DNA of 32,000 nucleotides, from positions 1,770,001-1,802,000 of the forward strand of contig NZ_CP011041.1 of the NCBI RefSeq assembly GCF_002310835.1, in the 5' to 3' direction. The stretch comes from Pseudoalteromonas tetraodonis (GTDB taxonomy: Bacteria; Pseudomonadota; Gammaproteobacteria; Enterobacterales; Alteromonadaceae). Of this stretch, positions 28,057 through 32,000 are shown one piece after another (position 1 is the first letter of the stretch; the number at the start of each line of letters is the position of its first letter). The notes below the pieces were generated by a model. That model did no database searches and was not told where the DNA came from. It saw only the letters and a program-made list of their open reading frames with translations. The translations under genes were made by a program, and so were the position numbers.

Positions 28057-28074
28057 ATATTTCATACTACTTAA

Positions 28075-29592
28075 TTAAACATCCAGCAGTAAACGTGTTG
28101 GATCTTCAAGTAACTCTTTAATTGTTACTAAGAAACCAACTGATTCTTTACCATCGATTTGGCGGTGATCGTAAGATAACGCTAAGTACATCATAGGTAA
28201 GATTTCAACTTTACCGTTTACAGCCATTGGACGATCTTGGATTTTGTGCATACCCAAAATTGAAGACTGCGGTAAGTTAATAATTGGAGTAGATAGTAAC
28301 GAACCGAATACACCACCGTTGGTGATAGTGAAGTTACCGCCGGTCATATCGTCAAGTGTTAGCTTACCATCACGACCTTTAAGCGCTAGCTCACGAATAC
28401 CCTTTTCGATTTCTGCAACAGATAGCTTGTCACAGTCTTTAAGTACAGGTGTTACTAAGCCACGAGGTGTAGAAACAGCAATGCTGATGTCGAAATAGTT
28501 GTGGTAAACAATATCATCGCCATCAATAGATGCATTTACATCTGGGAAACGCTTTAACGCTTCAGTCACTGCTTTCACGTAGAAAGACATGAAACCTAAA
28601 CGGATACCGTGGCGCTTTTCAAATACTTCTTGGTACTGCTTACGAAGATCCATGATTGGCTTCATGTTAACTTCGTTAAATGTAGTTAACATTGCAGTTG
28701 AGTTTTTCGCTTCAAGAAGACGATTCGCAATGGTTTTACGTAAACGTGTCATAGGCACACGTTTTTGTGTGCGGTCACCCATAGGTGCTGCTGGCGCTGC
28801 TTCAGCTTTTGCTGCTGGAGCAGGTGATTTCAAGAATTGATCAACATCTTCTTTAGTCACACGACCATTTTTACCTGAACCTTTGATTTTTGATGCATCA
28901 AGGCCTTTCTCAGCAATTAAACGACGAACTGATGGCGTTAACACATCTGAACTGTCGCTTGAGCTTTCTTCTTTGGCTGCTGGTGCATCCGCTTTAGCGT
29001 CAGATTTAGCGGGTGCAGCGCCTGCTTTTACTTTACCAATTACTTGCTCACCAAGAACAGTATCGCCTTCGTCATGAATGATTTCACCCATAACGCCGTC
29101 TTCTTGGGCAACCACTTCAAGTACAACTTTATCTGTTTCAATATCAACCAAGTTTTGGTCGCGTGTTACCGCGTCACCTGGTTGAACATGCCAAGTAGCA
29201 ATTGTTGCATCTGCAACTGATTCTGGAAGTACAGGTACTTTAATATCCACTTCTTTACCTTCTGATGCTGGTGCTGATTGCGCCGCCGGCGCGTCTTCTG
29301 ATTTTTCTGATGCTGAGCTATCTTCTTTTGGCTCTTTACTTGGTGATGCTTCTTGCGCATCACCAATTAAACCGATCACTTGGTCACCAAGTACCGTAGC
29401 ACCTTCTTCTTGTGAAATTTCAGTGATCACACCGTCATTTTGTGCAACCACTTCTAAAACCACTTTGTCTGTTTCAATATCTACTAAGTTTTGGTCACGG
29501 CTTACTTTGTCGCCAACACTTACATGCCATGTAGCAACGGAAGCATCTGCAACCGACTCAGGAAGAACAGGAACTTTAATTTCTGTGCTCAT
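28075..29592 (-). CDS. sucB: 2-oxoglutarate dehydrogenase E2 (dihydrolipoyl succinyltransferase) with two lipoyl domains
   Basis: 505 aa. Two lipoyl domains with DIETDKV motifs, Ala/Pro linkers, a subunit-binding domain ([14 protein letters not shown]), and a catalytic SYDHRQIDG motif. Confidence 0.95.
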   Translation of the reverse strand: MSTEIKVPVLPESVADASVATWHVSVGDKVSRDQNLVDIETDKVVLEVVAQNDGVITEISQEEGATVLGDQVIGLIGDAQEASPSKEPKEDSSASEKSEDAPAAQSAPASEGKEVDIKVPVLPESVADATIATWHVQPGDAVTRDQNLVDIETDKVVLEVVAQEDGVMGEIIHDEGDTVLGEQVIGKVKAGAAPAKSDAKADAPAAKEESSSDSSDVLTPSVRRLIAEKGLDASKIKGSGKNGRVTKEDVDQFLKSPAPAAKAEAAPAAPMGDRTQKRVPMTRLRKTIANRLLEAKNSTAMLTTFNEVNMKPIMDLRKQYQEVFEKRHGIRLGFMSFYVKAVTEALKRFPDVNASIDGDDIVYHNYFDISIAVSTPRGLVTPVLKDCDKLSVAEIEKGIRELALKGRDGKLTLDDMTGGNFTITNGGVFGSLLSTPIINLPQSSILGMHKIQDRPMAVNGKVEILPMMYLALSYDHRQIDGKESVGFLVTIKELLEDPTRLLLDV

Positions 29593-29595
29593 TGC

Positions 29596-32000
29596 TTATC
29601 CTTTCTTTTCTATAGTAAGCGCGTCGGCAACGAGCGCTTGTTGTTCTTTAGTATGTACTGACATATATCCACATGCAGGAGATGCTGATGCCTTACGGCC
29701 TGCATATTTCAATTTTGCACCTTGTGGAATTGCATCAACAAAGTGATGTTGTGAACAGTACCAAGCGCCTTGGTTTTGCGGCTCTTCCTGACACCACACA
29801 AAATCAGTAACGTGTTGGTAACGTTCAATAATTGCTTTCATTTCGTCATGTGGGAACGGGTAAAGCTGCTCAACACGAACAATTGCAATATTGTCTTGCT
29901 CAAGTTTACGACGCTCTTGTAATAGTTCGTAGTAAACTTTGCCGCTACAAAATACAACACGTTCTACTTTCTTAGCATCAATCTCATCAATTTCATCAAT
30001 GATGTTGTGGAATACACCCTCAGAAAGCTCTTCTAGCGATGACGTTGCAAGTGGATGACGTAGCAATGATTTAGGTGTCATTACAATCAGTGGACGACGC
30101 AGTGGTCTAACTGATTGACGACGTAACATTGCGTACACTTGCGCCGGTGTTGATGGCACACATACTTGCATGTTGTGATCAGCACAAAGCTGTAAAAAGC
30201 GTTCCAGACGAGCCGAGCTGTGCTCTGGACCCTGACCTTCATAGCCATGAGGTAACAAACACGTTAAGCCACATAAGCGACCCCACTTTTGTTCACCTGA
30301 ACTTAAGAACTGGTCAAATACCACCTGTGCACCATTAGCGAAATCACCAAATTGTGCTTCCCACAATACTAATGAAGTCGGCTCTGCAGTTGCATAACCA
30401 TATTCAAATGCTAATACCGCTTCTTCAGACAGTACTGAGTCGAACACTTCAAACGTACCTTGATCTTCACTAAGGTTCTGTAATGGTAAATACGTTGCAC
30501 CATCTTTTTGACTATGAACAACCGCATGACGGTGGAAGAAGGTACCACGGCCTGAATCTTGTCCAGTTAGACGAATATCAGTGCCTTCAGCTGCAATAGT
30601 TGCATACGCTAAAGTTTCTGCCATACCCCAATCAAGTGGTTTTTCGCCAGCAGCCATTGCTTTACGATCATCGTATATTTTTTTAACACGAGATTGTGCT
30701 TTGTACTCTTCTGGGTAACTTGCAACTATGTTACCAAGTTCTTTAAGCTTTTCTACCGAAACGCTAGCATCGTAATCAACACTCCATTCATGGCCTACAT
30801 ACTTAGCCCAATCTGAAGAGTGTGATGTTTCTGGCTGTATTTCTTCAACAACACAGTTGCCATCGTCTAAACCATTACGGTAATCATCAGCAAGCGCTTT
30901 CACTTCATCTTCTGTGAAAGAACCTTCAGAAATCAGCTGATCCGCGTAGATTAAGCGAGGTACTGGGTGTTTTTTAATTTTTTGGTACATAATTGGCTGT
31001 GTAGCGTTAGGCTCATCAGCTTCGTTATGACCATGGCGACGGTAACAAACAAGGTCAATCACAACGTCACGTTTAAACTGATTTCTAAAATCAAGCGCGA
31101 GTTGCGTTACAAAAGCAACCGCTTCAGGATCGTCAGAGTTTACGTGGAAAATTGGTGATTGAACCATTTTCGCGATATCAGTACAGTAATCAGTTGAGCG
31201 TACGTCGTCTTTTTTACTTGTTGTAAAACCAACTTGGTTATTAACAACAATACGGATACTACCGCCACAACTAAATGCATTAGTTTGCGATAAGTTAAAC
31301 GTTTCTTGAACAACACCCTGACCTGCAATTGCTGAGTCGCCGTGGATAGTGATTGGAAGTGCTTTGCTGCCTGTTTTGTCATTAAGACGATCAAGACGTG
31401 CACGCACAGAGCCCATAACCACCGGATTTACGATTTCTAAATGCGACGGGTTAAACGCAAGTGCCATGTGCACGTTGCCACCTTTAGTCGCGAAATCTGA
31501 TGAATAACCCATGTGGTATTTAACATCACCTGAGCTTAACGTTTCTTTGTGCTTGCCAGCAAACTCATCAAAAAGTTCTGATGGATTTTTGCCTAGCACA
31601 TTAACAAGAACATTTAAGCGACCGCGGTGAGCCATACCAATAACGGCTTCTTTTTGGCCACTTTCACCGGCACGGTGAATAAGCTCTTTTAACATAGGCA
31701 CTAACGCATCGCCACCTTCAAGTGAGAAACGCTTAGCACCCGGGAACTTAGCACCTAAATATTTTTCAAGACCATCAGCCGCCGTTAATCCCTTGAGGAT
31801 TCGTAGCTTTTCATTTTTATCAAATTTTGGCCTAGACTGAACAGACTCTAAACGCTGTTGTAACCAACGCTTTTCTTCTGTTGATGTGATGTGCATATAC
31901 TCGGCGCCAATAGAACCACAGTAAGTGGTTTTTAGTGCTTGGTATAACTCACCTAAAGGCATAGTATCGCGGCCAACGGCAAACGATCCTACGTTAAATT
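29596..32000 (-). CDS. sucA: 2-oxoglutarate dehydrogenase E1 component, C-terminal ~800 codons (N-terminus lies beyond window end)
   Basis: The frame stays open upstream of the track's Met at 31962 (...FNVGSFAVGRDTMPLGELYQALKTTYCGSIGAEYMHITSTEEKRW). This matches the E. coli SucA internal sequence FNVGSFASGKETMKLGELLEALKQTYCGPIGAEYMHI. The stop lies 3 nt before the sucB start. Confidence 0.96.
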   Translation of the reverse strand, partial: FNVGSFAVGRDTMPLGELYQALKTTYCGSIGAEYMHITSTEEKRWLQQRLESVQSRPKFDKNEKLRILKGLTAADGLEKYLGAKFPGAKRFSLEGGDALVPMLKELIHRAGESGQKEAVIGMAHRGRLNVLVNVLGKNPSELFDEFAGKHKETLSSGDVKYHMGYSSDFATKGGNVHMALAFNPSHLEIVNPVVMGSVRARLDRLNDKTGSKALPITIHGDSAIAGQGVVQETFNLSQTNAFSCGGSIRIVVNNQVGFTTSKKDDVRSTDYCTDIAKMVQSPIFHVNSDDPEAVAFVTQLALDFRNQFKRDVVIDLVCYRRHGHNEADEPNATQPIMYQKIKKHPVPRLIYADQLISEGSFTEDEVKALADDYRNGLDDGNCVVEEIQPETSHSSDWAKYVGHEWSVDYDASVSVEKLKELGNIVASYPEEYKAQSRVKKIYDDRKAMAAGEKPLDWGMAETLAYATIAAEGTDIRLTGQDSGRGTFFHRHAVVHSQKDGATYLPLQNLSEDQGTFEVFDSVLSEEAVLAFEYGYATAEPTSLVLWEAQFGDFANGAQVVFDQFLSSGEQKWGRLCGLTCLLPHGYEGQGPEHSSARLERFLQLCADHNMQVCVPSTPAQVYAMLRRQSVRPLRRPLIVMTPKSLLRHPLATSSLEELSEGVFHNIIDEIDEIDAKKVERVVFCSGKVYYELLQERRKLEQDNIAIVRVEQLYPFPHDEMKAIIERYQHVTDFVWCQEEPQNQGAWYCSQHHFVDAIPQGAKLKYAGRKASASPACGYMSVHTKEQQALVADALTIEKKG

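Noticed and set aside
1-32000. Search for mobile elements, CRISPR arrays, tRNA/rRNA genes, integrases, restriction-modification, toxin-antitoxin or other defence modules
   Set aside because: I saw no direct-repeat/spacer arrays, transposase- or integrase-like ORFs, or cloverleaf-compatible tRNA sequences. Composition looks uniform by eye, and the gene order matches conserved core synteny.

Overview
The window reads as ordinary core chromosome of an AT-leaning marine gammaproteobacterium. Gene content and order suggest Alteromonadales, possibly Pseudoalteromonas, but this is an inference. I could not search any database.

Nearly all of the sequence is housekeeping coding DNA:
- Respiration and catabolism: etfB (partial) divergent from ETF-ubiquinone oxidoreductase, a YciA-like thioesterase, the branched-chain 2-oxoacid dehydrogenase operon (E1alpha-E1beta-E2), an orphan astE, and sucDCBA (sucA runs off the window end).
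- Translation and tRNA: trmO, proS and glnS.
- An enteric-like syntenic block: pgm, seqA, ybfF, a small membrane protein, ybfE, fldA and fur.
- Envelope and transport: a small beta-barrel OMP, an operon of a DUF3025-like gene plus natA and natB, an M28 lipoprotein peptidase, and a 10-TM PGCG-motif permease.

I found no CRISPR array, IS element, integrase, prophage, tRNA or rRNA gene, or recognisable defence or toxin-antitoxin module. I do not think the window holds an obvious multi-gene novel system.

The items most worth a second look:
1. A 356-aa protein with no family I can assign, built from an internal tandem duplication, wedged between glnS and sucD.
2. An unusually long (about 465 bp) seqA-ybfF intergenic region. 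It holds nested long inverted repeats, a perfect 16-bp palindrome and a bipartite direct repeat.
3. Matching ACGT-NN-ACGT palindromes in the etf and bkd promoters, implying one shared regulator (LiuR-like, MerR family, by recollection).
4. A near-consensus Fur box in front of the PGCG permease.
5. A conserved unknown gene translationally coupled to an ABC-2 exporter.
6. A strong intrinsic terminator plus a candidate promoter splitting sucAB from sucCD.
7. Duplicated lipoyl domains in both E2 components.

Coordinates of small motifs were counted by hand and could be off by 1-2 nt.
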